A stretch of DNA of 64,000 nt. It comes from Eledone cirrhosa (taxonomy: Eukaryota). The translations under genes and the position numbers were made by a program. Under the pieces are notes generated by a model. It was given only the letters and a program-made list of their open reading frames with translations. It did not search any database and was not told the DNA's origin. The stretch is taken from NCBI GenBank assembly GCA_964016885.1, contig OZ024740.1, positions 334,366,001-334,430,000 of the forward strand, given 5' to 3'. Of this stretch, positions 52,932 through 64,000 are shown piece by piece (within the stretch, counting starts at the first letter, position 1; each line of letters starts with the position of its first letter).

Positions 52932-53165
52932 ATTAAGTCAAATATGTAAAATTTGGCTTAATCATGAATTATGGATCTACTGCTATATATATTTCGGTGA
53001 CAGCCATCATTAGGTGTGACCTTTTCAGGCAGTCCGAATCGGTGTGGGGAAGACCGATCATATGTTGTTGAAGTGTGTTTTACTCCGTCAATGCATCGAT
53101 ATGTCCAGCTCCGGGTTGCATTGTTATTCTTCTGAGGGACTGGAATCATATTATAGTCAACATAT

Positions 53166-53201
<36 letters not shown>

Positions 53202-53260
53202 GACTGCCTATACTGGAATTGAATAATCAAAACCGTAGCGGTATATCATATATCAAATCT

Positions 53261-53327
53261 TATATTTTGTCTGATGAAAACGTACTTAAACACCATTGTA
53301 CCTTTGAAATATGTATAATAAAATATA
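53261..53327 (+). ncRNA. Hammerhead ribozyme (TATATA family)
   Basis: tatattttgt-CTGATGA-aaacgtac...gtaccttt-GAAA-tatgta-TA-ataaaatata. Confidence 0.7.
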
Positions 53328-53385
53328 TATTTTGATTATGAGAATATGTTTCATTTATTTTGAATAATATATATATATATATATT

Positions 53386-54690
53386 TCTTTAAGACGTTTG
53401 GAAGCCTGGACAATGCAAATGGGTAAATCTCCGGGTAACAAGATCCGGTGGTGGAGAGAGAGATGTAAGTGGGTGTACGTTGAGATCCGTGGCGTGTATA
53501 AGACGTGTAGAGGAATGAAGGAAAGAGCATAAAGGATAAAATTAAAATAACAACACGAGAGAGTGTTACCTTGGGAGAGATTTAATTGTACCTATATATT
53601 TCGGATTCACATCCATTAACTGGGGTTTTTTCCAGGGTGGGGGAAAGGTTGTTTGTCGGAAAGGTGCGAAACGCGTCCTCCGCTGTTCGTTGTTTTGAAT
53701 ATCTGAGGTATTCAGCAGAGTGCGCGTGCGCGTGAATTGGGGTCGGTCGGGCAGAGGTCAGCGGCCGGAGTAGTTCTTTCAATTGTGGGAGTGGGGTGGC
53801 GCTAGCTGTCAGTCCATTCTCTGCCTGTTTGTTAAATGTTACTGTGTGTGTGTGTGCGTGTGTTGTTGTCTCGCTTGAATGTGTGCGTGTGTTGTTGCCT
53901 TGTTCCTCTGTATTGGCAGTGTAGTATGTTCGTATGGTGGAATGCTACTGTGTGTGTGTGTGTTTTGTTGTCTCGCTTGTGTGTGCGTGTGCGTGTGTTG
54001 CTGCATCGTTTGTTAACCACCTCATTTCGCTTCTCTTGGATCGATTGTTTATTTGTGGCTCTAGGCGTTTGATCCAAAGTGCCGACGTTTCTTTCTGTCG
54101 CTAGAATTGTGACAATGGGCCTTCCGTCTTTGTTTCCGCATTTGTGTATGTGTTTCCGGAAAGACGAAGCCCTGGTTTTAGTGTGTTCCTTGATCCGGAT
54201 GTGCAAAGATCGGATTGTGCTACCTATATAGTATTGGTTGCACTTGTTACATACAGAATGGACTGACAGCTAGCACCACCCCACTCCCACAATTGAAAGA
54301 ACTACGTCGGCCGCTGACCTCTGCCCGACCGACCCCATTTCACGCGCACGCGCGCTCTGCTGAATACTTCAGATATTCAAAACAACAAACAGCGGAGGAC
54401 GCGTTTCGCACCTTTCCGACAAACAACCTTTCCCCCACCCCGGAACAAAAACCCAGTTAATGGATGTGAATCCGAAATATATAGGTACAATTAAATCTCT
54501 CCCAAGGTAACACTCTCTCGTGTTGTTGTTTTTATTTTATCCTTTATGCTCTTTCATTCATTCCTCTACACGTCTTATACACGCCACGCATCTCAACGTA
54601 CACCCACTTACATCTCTCTCTCCACCACCGGATCTTGTTACTCGGAGATTTACCCATTTGCATTGTCGAGCCTTCCAAACGACTTAAAGA
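53386..54690 (-). mobile_element. 5'-truncated PLE (GIY-YIG fragment) with inverted terminal repeats
   Basis: Minus strand NKCNQYYIGSTIRSLHIRIKEHTKTRASSFRKHIHKC at ~54060-54250; 53386-53821 is inverse to 54255-54690. Confidence 0.85.
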
Positions 54691-54737
54691 AATTTACCTT
54701 ATTATTCCACAATGGTTCGAGCAAACTTCAATACTCT

Positions 54738-54772
<35 letters not shown>

Positions 54773-54848
54773 GCCAATCATCATTCATAATCAATTAAAG
54801 TATTCCTGTGAAAGTCGTTATGTCATACTTTATATACATATATAAATA

Positions 54849-54957
<109 letters not shown>

Positions 54958-56109
54958 GTCCATACATATATATGTATATAAAGTATCACATGACGACATT
55001 CACAGGAATGTTTTAAATGATGAATGGCTCATAGTCTTTATTTGTGTTATGGACCAGACTCCATCATCAGTCTGCTCATTTTAACGAAGCTAAACACAAG
55101 AAGAAATGTTGGTTCTAGATTGTTTAACAAGGCTAATGAGCATCTTGATGGTGGAGTCATGTCTATAACTAAAATATACGACATGAAACAATCTTCTGTG
55201 AAACGTATGTAACTGGTCGCTAATCAATAGAATCATTGTTAGGAAAATGAAATCTACAGAATTTATTATTTACTCGAGATATAAACAAACATTAATATTT
55301 ATCTTAACCACTGCTCGCATGAATACACACGTGGACTAATTGACACACACCTACATACAATTACACATACTCACACCGTGTATATACGTAAGCACTCACT
55401 CTGTTTTAGCTTTGATTGCTGATATTGTCACCACCTCCATTAAGACACACAATTACTAACATTATTGAATAATCTAAACATGTATTTATATGCATAAGTG
55501 GCAGTCTGTCGTTTATGACGGTGAATGTTCCAGGTAATCCGATTAACGGAACAACCTGCTCGTAAAATTAACGTGCAAGTCTCTGAGTATTCTATAGACA
55601 CGCGTAGCCTTCCCGTAGTTCTCAGGGAAATTCAATGTGGGTTTTTACAACTGAAACTATTAGGCTAATTTTCTTCGTCAAAAATACGTCGGAAGATCTA
55701 TTTTCACTATGTAATTTCCAAATTCACCGGTGATTGTAAACAAAGCTAAGCTTTGTATCTGATATATATATATATTTCAGTTTAGTAGTCATATATATAT
55801 ATATGTTGTCCTCACCTGAAATCACATCTGATCTGTAACTGGATTGACATTCAATTCCTACGATGACTCAACCACCTTGTACTTCTTCTCTGCTCTCTAC
55901 GCCTTACATCCACTACGATTTTTTCTTACCTTCTGAACTCACTTTCTGTTCTATATTCTTTTTCTCCTGTATCTCCACTTATATTTAAACCTTTTCCTAT
56001 GTCATTTATTTTACTTATTCACCCCTACTTTCTACCTTACCCTTTACATACCCACCTTTTTTTATTTTTAGATATTTATTTCAGTGTGAGTGTGTTGCTT
56101 ATATGTGTA

Positions 56110-56228
<119 letters not shown>

Positions 56229-56358
56229 AGAGGTTATATTTAATTTGTTGGGATACAATAAGCAAAATATTTTTATAACTGATATAATGCACTCAACAAA
56301 TTATTGGAGTAAATATACAATATATTAACAAATGGAAACTATATTTATAAACCATATT

Positions 56359-56423
56359 TATTTCATTATACATATTTCAAGGGCCACCAAAGTAAACTAT
56401 GGTGCGTTTCATCAGATAAAATA
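56359..56423 (-). ncRNA. Hammerhead ribozyme (TATATA family)
   Basis: Minus strand: tattttat-CTGATGA-aacgcacca...tggtggccctt-GAAA-tatgta-TA-atgaaata. Confidence 0.7.
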
Positions 56424-57267
56424 TAATATAGGTTAGTTTTATAAATAAATATTGACATACCCTTAAAAAATGCAACCATTCTTTATGTATATGTATGTAT
56501 ATGTATGTTTATATATAATTATATATATATCTGTATGTATATGTAGTGTGTATATAATTGTATTCTATATGCTTCTGTTGTAATTGTGTGTATATATATA
56601 TATATATATATATACATATATATGTGTGTGTGTGTTTATATATGTGTGTGTGTATTTTTATTAAGGTGGTGACGTAACTTTTTGTAGATATGTGTGGGTG
56701 TGTGTATATGTGTATTTTTATATAATTGTTTATGTCTGTATATATATAATAGCCTCAGAAACGGCTTGAGCTCTGCCGTCGGGGTCATACTTTTTCCTAT
56801 ATGTATATATATATGTATATGTATGTATATATATGTATATATGTGTGTACTTGTATGGTTGTGTATGTGTGTGTGCATATATATATATATATGTATATGC
56901 ATATATGTATGTGTATGTATATGCATAATTACATACAGTGATTTAATGCTTATTTTCATTGATCATTTGCTCCAGGAACTTGTTGAGTGCTCTAATTCAG
57001 CTATAAACATTTATACCCTTTTCTAATTATTTATTTATATATTATTTGTCGTATTCCCAACTATTTGTTTACCCCTTTCACCTTTTTATTTTTATATATA
57101 TATAATATTTATGTATTTTCTTATATATATGTGTGTGTATATGTATGTATGTGTGTGTATATATATATTTATATATATAATGTAGGAGGTGAGTTTTATT
57201 GTAGTACAATAAAGCAATGCAGATATCGGATAAGAAGCACTCTACAGTTTGTAGGACTGGAGTATAC

Positions 57268-57601
57268 ATAATATAAGATCAAAAGATGGTTAAAGGAGTT
57301 CCATGTATTTTATTATGCGCATTTCAAAAACAAACATCATCATGCAATAATATTTGAGTTTTCATCAGATAAAACAGGAGAACATGATATGAAGGCTAAA
57401 AAACACTTGTGGATAGTGCAGTTTTAAATCAACATATATATATGTTGATTTAAAACTGCACTATCCACAAGTGTTTTTTAGCCTTCATATCATGTTCTCC
57501 TGTTTTATCTGATGAAAACACAAATATTATTGCATGATGATGTTTGTTTTTGAAATGCGCATAATAATATACATGGAACTCCTTTAACCATCTTTTGATC
57601 T

Positions 57602-57609
<8 letters not shown>
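57268..57609. repeat. ~340-bp palindrome centred on a short (TA)n, with a hammerhead in each arm
   Basis: Centre 57438/57439; arms nearly identical. Confidence 0.9.
57501..57571 (+). ncRNA. Hammerhead ribozyme (mirror copy at 57306-57376, minus)
   Basis: tgttttat-CTGATGA-aaacacaaatattat...atgatgtttgttttt-GAAA-tgcgca-TA-ataatata. Confidence 0.75.
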
Positions 57610-57668
<59 letters not shown>

Positions 57669-57789
57669 TCTATGTATATATATATATATTTAAGAGTTAA
57701 ACAAGGTTCAATGAATACATCTAAGAATGAGTTTTACACACATACATGTGTGTGTATGTATTTATATTGATGTGTGTGCGTATATGTAC

Positions 57790-57860
<71 letters not shown>

Positions 57861-58543
57861 TATATATATGTGTGTGTATGTATGTGTATGTATATGTGTA
57901 TGTGTATGTATGTGTATATGTATGTGTATGTGTTTGTGTGTGTATGTATTTATTTATATGTATGTATGTGTATGTGCAATTGTGTGTATTGCTTACCACG
58001 TGTGTTTGTTCATTTATTTGTTGCCTGTATCGCTGTCAACTTTATAATAATTTTTACATTTATTTTTATTCTTATGTGACGGCATTTTTATAATGTGTGT
58101 GTGTTTGTATATTTGTGTGTATGTGTATGTATGGATATGTTGATATATATGCGTGTATGTATGTATGTGTATATGTATGTGTATTTGTACGTGTATGTAT
58201 ATGTGTAGTTATGTATATATATATGTGTGTATATGTATGTATATATATGTGTATGTATATATGTGTGTGTATGTATATGTGTGAGTGTGTGTGTGCATGT
58301 GTGTTTATTTTTCCTTTTCCAGCCTCACTTGTATATAGATTATATTTTTGTTTTTAAAATCCAATGTCAATAAATACACCAGGATTTTATTCATTCTGAT
58401 GATTAAAAAGAAAAATGTGTTTGCTTTCAAGAAAGCACAGGTAAATGAAATAATTGCCTTATATTGTTTATTACATAACTATTAAGCTATGTAACCTACA
58501 TAGAGCACTCTTTTTTCCTGGACGTTTCCGACGGAATTACTTC

Positions 58544-58705
<162 letters not shown>

Positions 58706-58967
58706 CTATCTATCTATATATATATATAAAATTGAAAACTGGTGAATAACATGGTCAACAGTACAAAAAAGGGGATTTATTTGCAGTCTAACAATTGTTT
58801 CACTGATAGAGATGTCTAAAAATTGCTGAACACTAAAATCAGTGTTTTAAATAAGATGTTAAGTCTATTAGATCTTCATAAATTGTTTAAAATATATATA
58901 TGTAACCGGCAAAATTACAAATCCAAATTACACCATCAATAATAATATTAATAATAAAGATATAGAA

Positions 58968-59390
58968 AGAGATAAAGCTGACAGAGCTGTTCGCACTTTT
59001 TGGAGCTTATCAAAGCTAAGTATATACATTCATATATATATCGCTATTTCAGAGCACCAATCCTAATTTTCAATTTCTGCTCGACCGGCAACCGCTCTGT
59101 ATAATTAGTTCATGATTATTACTAGAATTCTATAAGAATCAAACATTCATGGTTTTCAGCAAACAGGCGGAGTACTTAGCTTTGATAAGCACCAAAAAGT
59201 GCGAAACAGAGCTCTGTCAGATTTATCTCCCATGTTTGCTGAAAATTAAAGTAAGTGAGACTGTCACTACTCTAAAACCATAGCGTAAGGTCTTCGAAAT
59301 GCTTTTAATTCAGCATACAGTGTATTGCAAAATACACTATATATACATTCATATACATATCGCTATTTCAGAGCTCCAATTCTAATTTTA
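58968..59390 (+). mobile_element. Putative retrozyme monomer (~319-bp period) related to the 310-bp array, preceded by an inverted ribozyme fragment
   Basis: tatcgctatttcagagc recurs at ~59039 and ~59358; shares gaccggcaaccgctct, attctataag and aggtcttc.aaatg with the minus strand of the 310-mer. Confidence 0.75.
59177..59223 (+). ncRNA. Hammerhead ribozyme (U3-A8 variant)
   Basis: agct-TTGATAA-gcac(caaaaa)gtgc-GAAA-cagagctctg-TC-agat; the inverted copy at 58973-59020 retains a perfect agct stem I. Confidence 0.75.
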
Positions 59391-59519
59391 TATATATATA
59401 TAAGTTTAATAAAGTAGTGGAAATAATCGAACAAATAGAATTAATACAACTAATATCAAACAATTAATACATCGAATCAATTAATTTATAAAAATGAAAC
59501 AATATTGATATATACCCAA

Positions 59520-60480
59520 ACCAGCACTGAGTTCATCAATGCCAAACTCTTAGTATCGGTTATGTAAATTTCGTAAATCCATACCTTATGTAAATAAGTC
59601 CATATTTCTCTCCATCCCACCACTATGTGCATACCTACACCACTGGTCAGGTTTTCCTAGTGAGTTAACCAGATATTTATTTCTGCTAAAGAGCTTCAGT
59701 TCATTCTTGAAAAATAGATCATTGATGCTCGCTTTTCCATCTGATAGCCTGTATGTTTATCCCGTATGACCATCGATAGTGCAATCAAGGCAATCAAAAA
59801 GAGCAATTATGAGAGGGAATCTCTTTGAAATATTCCTCATTTTTTATATTGAGCACACCTAGGTGTTTACTTCCTACACACAGGTTTGTTTTTCATAAAG
59901 GCATGCTAGACTCTAATACAGTAAAAACTCAGGCTACAATCTCAAAATTTCTCTAAGATTTTAGTTCAATTGAATGTGGGACCATGTCAAAGGCGTTCTT
60001 AAAATATATCCAAGCTATACATATATTCTTTAGAAATATTTTGCATTGATTCAAGTTAGCCTTGTCGAAAGCAAAATGGTCTTTGGTTCCCTGGAATTTT
60101 TTCTATATATTCCTCAGTACATAGCATGTCATTCGGAAACACCTATGCAAGAAAGATCCACGTCAACAGCTTCCAAAGCAAATTCGAGCAAGCAATCGGT
60201 ATGTTATTTCCAAATAATGGACCGTTTTTCTTATCCTTCATCATCAAAGTTGTCTTTCCTTCAACAATCCTATTTAAAGGCTTCGCTAGCCCTAAATGAA
60301 CACTTTTAAATCTTTTCAACCAGAATCATATGATATATTCTGATACAGAGTATGTCCAATGTGATATTTTCCTAACATGCTCTGGGACGACTTTCTTTGA
60401 AATTATTTCCCGTTTCTCTACTAGGTTATTAGTTAACTTCATTTATCCATGTCGCATCTTTTGTTATGCTTTTTATCAAT
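59520..60480 (-). mobile_element. Decayed R4/Dong-like RT fragment
   Basis: Minus strand GTKDHFAFDK and IAWIYFKNAFDMVPHS (cf. GTKDQLLIDK, AWIDYKKAYDxVPH). Confidence 0.55.
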
Positions 60481-60521
60481 TCACCATAATGTAACAATAA
60501 ATATTATTATTACTATTATTA

Positions 60522-60745
60522 GGGCTGTGGGTTGGCAGTATCGGTAGAGCGTCGGACAATATGATTTGTAGTATTGAGTTACGACACTTTACGCTTTGAG
60601 TTCAAATCCTGCCGAGGTTAGCTTCGCCTTAGATCTTAAGGGAGTCAATAAAATAAAGTACCATTAATAAATCGTGGTCAATTTCATCGATTTTCTCTCC
60701 CCCTAAAATTGGTGACCTTGTGCCTAAATGAGAAACAATTATTAT
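60522..60745 (+). mobile_element. Diverged SINE A relative
   Basis: ttggcagtatcggtagagcgtcggac...gagttcaaatcctgccgagg. Confidence 0.75.
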
Positions 60746-61063
60746 TTGATATCATCATTATTTATATCATCCACATCACTCTTCTTTTGATGGTTGCTTT
60801 CCACTAAGAAAATCAAAGTTCACTTGACAACAATTATTATGTTAGTGGAATGTTATGACATCTTTAATATTTTCTGTTAATTTAGAAAATGTGTAGAAAT
60901 CATTAAAGTAATTCACCACCAACTCTGAAATGTTTGACAATGAAACGGAATTAATTCTATGATATATAATCTTATATATATACATATTTATATATACACA
61001 CACACACACACATACACACACACAACACGCGCGCGCACACACACACATACACACACGCACACC

Positions 61064-61133
<70 letters not shown>

Positions 61134-63278
61134 ATTGTTGTCGTTATAGATGCGTGTCAAGCGCAACACTACATGTCATACAAAGAACAAGAACTGAGAT
61201 TTAATTATTTTCGGAATTCAAGTTCTAGCATGGTATGAATTCTTTTGATTATCAGAGAACTGTCATGTTTATGGCGTGTATAAGCTGCCTTCTGGATAGC
61301 CAAGTATAGTTAACGAGTAGAACATGAAATGGACATTGATGAATTGTGTATTGCTATAATGATATTTCGTGCTTACGTATATTATTTTATTTAATATTAA
61401 GAAGAAAAATGTCATATACGAGCCTATAAGCGAACACCTGACTGTTTGATAGACCCGCTAGAAATAAGAACCAAATCTTTAGAAAACTACACTCTATATT
61501 TTAAAGACTGAAAGAATACATTATAGAAACTAATGCTAGATACACTGTTAATAATTGAGTACAAGAAAAGTATTCAGAAATTACCAAATCAGCATAGAAT
61601 CATCATACTGGCCAAAATCAGATCATTTGTATATCAATAGTAGGCATGGTAATGGTCTTGTTCTCGTTCATAGGTTTTATGAATGTTGTACCTTGGTGTA
61701 AGTAGTTATAACATTTTATATTTGACAGTGTACAAACAATGACTTCTACTACTGAATCGGTATTTTACTGCAGTCCTTCGAAAAGAATCAAATATCAAAG
61801 ATATCAATACAAGCAGCAAGAAGAGAGTGCAGATCCCATGGCGTCCACAACCTGTTCCATTCTCCAATACAGCTTTAACGAGTCTAGGTTGATACCTGAA
61901 ACACAGCCAATCTGATATCCAGATGGCTGCGATTCGGATTAGGAAGCTATGACGGAGGAAAAATTTAATTCTATAATCAGGCTGAGCCGGCCTGACAGCT
62001 CCATATGAAAATGAAGCTAATCAGCCCATGTGCATAGGCGTAAAACTATATATTTTCGCTTGTAGAAAATTCCAGCAGAGAGTAGGGCAAGGGAAACTCC
62101 ATCTATACAACGGTCACTCGGCAGAAACGATTGTCGTTAATTATACTCTACATCCTCTGCTGGAATCCACTAGATGGTGTTAGCTGTCAGCTTCGAAATT
62201 AATAGCAAAAATGTTTTCAAATGTTTATTTATAAACTTACCGTTTATCGTTAGATATACATATATGTACACAGTTATGTCGGGATAAACTTTAATATTAT
62301 TATTATTATTTTTTTAATTTTAACGTAATATTATATCACACTCAAGAAATCTGCATTTCCACTCAGAATCATTTATTAAATGACGCAATGGACTTATTTT
62401 GTTTCATTTATGTTTCCATTACAAGAAACATCCTATCGAGAAAGAGATATTACTAATGAGATGTTCTGCTGGATATCAACATTTTCCTAAAATTGCATAA
62501 TGGGTTTGTAGATTCACAAATAAATCGCAGAAATTGAAAGATAATCAGTACAGATCAGATGCGCAGTTTAGAGATGAATAAAGATACTAAAAGTATTCTC
62601 CGACTGGAGAGACACAAATAGTATGGGACAGAGCAACTTTTATTACAATGTAGATTTTTACAATTATACAATTCAATTACTTAACTTGATGCGCATTTTC
62701 TAATCAAATGTGTACTTTGTTAATTAGAAAGGCATAAATGCAATATCTAATAGTCCCAATATATTTACAAATGCTTGTAAAATCAGTAGTGTCGTATGGT
62801 AATTAGTCGTATTACAAACATACATTTGTTGATAATTATTGTTAGGTGTAAAGAAAGCGATGCCATAATACTGCATATACAGTAAGATTCATAATGATAT
62901 ATTGTGGAAAGGAATTATACTTAATTGAAATCCTAATCTTATACTACAATATAAACTGAGTAAGAGATATTGTAGTGACAATTTGGACATGTTTCAGTTG
63001 CATTAGACCGCCTTAATTAAGCATTCTTTGACCAATAATTGACAGTTGTAAAATGACAGACAGATATAATTATTTGTAAATGAGTAAATACTGATTCACC
63101 TGTAAAATTAAATAATGCTCGGGTTCAATTACACAAGGACGGATCTGCCAAATATCAATTTCAATGTTAATGCATGCTGATTATTGAATGTTTTAAAATT
63201 AATTCAGGAAACAGATTTGCCACCTCCGGTCTTTATTGACCGTAACAGACCAGCAGGTATATGTTAAATCAATAAATA

Positions 63279-63791
63279 TCTATATATCTATATATATAAC
63301 GTTGTAGTTCCTATCTGTTTGTTTGTTTGTTTGTTCACAAACTCCTCCTATGGTTTTGGAGATAGACCCCCATAACCATATATATTCTGAAACTACATTG
63401 TCCAGGGTACTTGGATAAGTATATTTCATTTTAATGAAAGTGATCCGCAGAACCACAAACACCGGCTGAAAATGTTTCCCTTCGATTTATATAAAATTTA
63501 AACCATAGGTAAATGACAATATATGATGCCTATTCACAATAGTTTTGAATTGATATTTAAAAAAAATTATTTGCAAGAAACAAAATAAGAATAAAATTTA
63601 ATAATGTCATTTTGATTTGATATATTACAAAAAAATAATGTTTTCTAATTTTTCATCCCTACGTTTTACATTGAGTAATATTGAAATACAGAGTTTTTCT
63701 CCATAAATTATATCACTGATTTAAAATCAATCTCATTTGCTTACAAAAAGAAAATGTGTGAAACGCAGAAAGGCGCGGGTAATTTGGCTAG
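63279..63791 (+). mobile_element. Non-autonomous Helitron-like element
   Basis: 5' A|TCTATATAT with (GTTT)n; 3' imperfect hairpin cgcagaaaggcgcggg followed by CTAG|T. Confidence 0.55.
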
Positions 63792-64000
63792 TATATATAT
63801 ATATACCGATTGTGTTGTTATTTTTGTTTACTTTTAACATTCATATATATATATATATCAACGCTTACGTGGACCTCTCAAATTTGTTGGATTTTCACTC
63901 TGAAACTAGATATACACCCGGAGATTACCTGAACTTCCACCAGAAATTTTCTTTGCTGATATTTTCTTTGCTTCTTGAATTATTTCAATATAACACGATT

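Noticed and set aside
58783-58885. Minus-strand hammerhead (ATGAAGA...GAAA-caattg-TT)
   Set aside because: C3 is mutated and stem I is broken; a decayed copy, not counted as functional.

Overview
AT-rich, microsatellite-saturated eukaryotic DNA; the SINE and LINE families point to a cephalopod (Octopus-like) genome. No conserved host gene is recognisable, and nearly all listed ORFs are (TA)n/(CA)n artefacts. Most of the window is repeats: about 15 copies of a tRNA-derived SINE, fragments of Penelope-like elements (PLEs; Neptune-like, Naiad-like and others), RTE-, Tx1/L1- and R4/Dong-like LINE remnants, a hAT element with an 8-bp TSD and two Helitron-like elements. The main hidden signal is RNA: more than 20 intact or near-intact type I hammerhead ribozyme (HHR) motifs, plus several decayed ones. 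Some sit in non-coding tandem monomers that look like non-LTR retrozymes/circular RNAs: 310 bp x4 at 23.6-24.9 kb, a ~319-bp relative at 59 kb with the same fold but a swapped ribozyme, 525 bp x2 and 384 bp. Other signals: a U-UUU-UUA -1 frameshift joining PLE ORF1 to RT, fold-back palindromes anchored on ribozymes and (TA)n, a twin-priming LINE inversion, and a weak three-exon secreted-peptide candidate. All structures were read by eye; boundaries of decayed elements are approximate.
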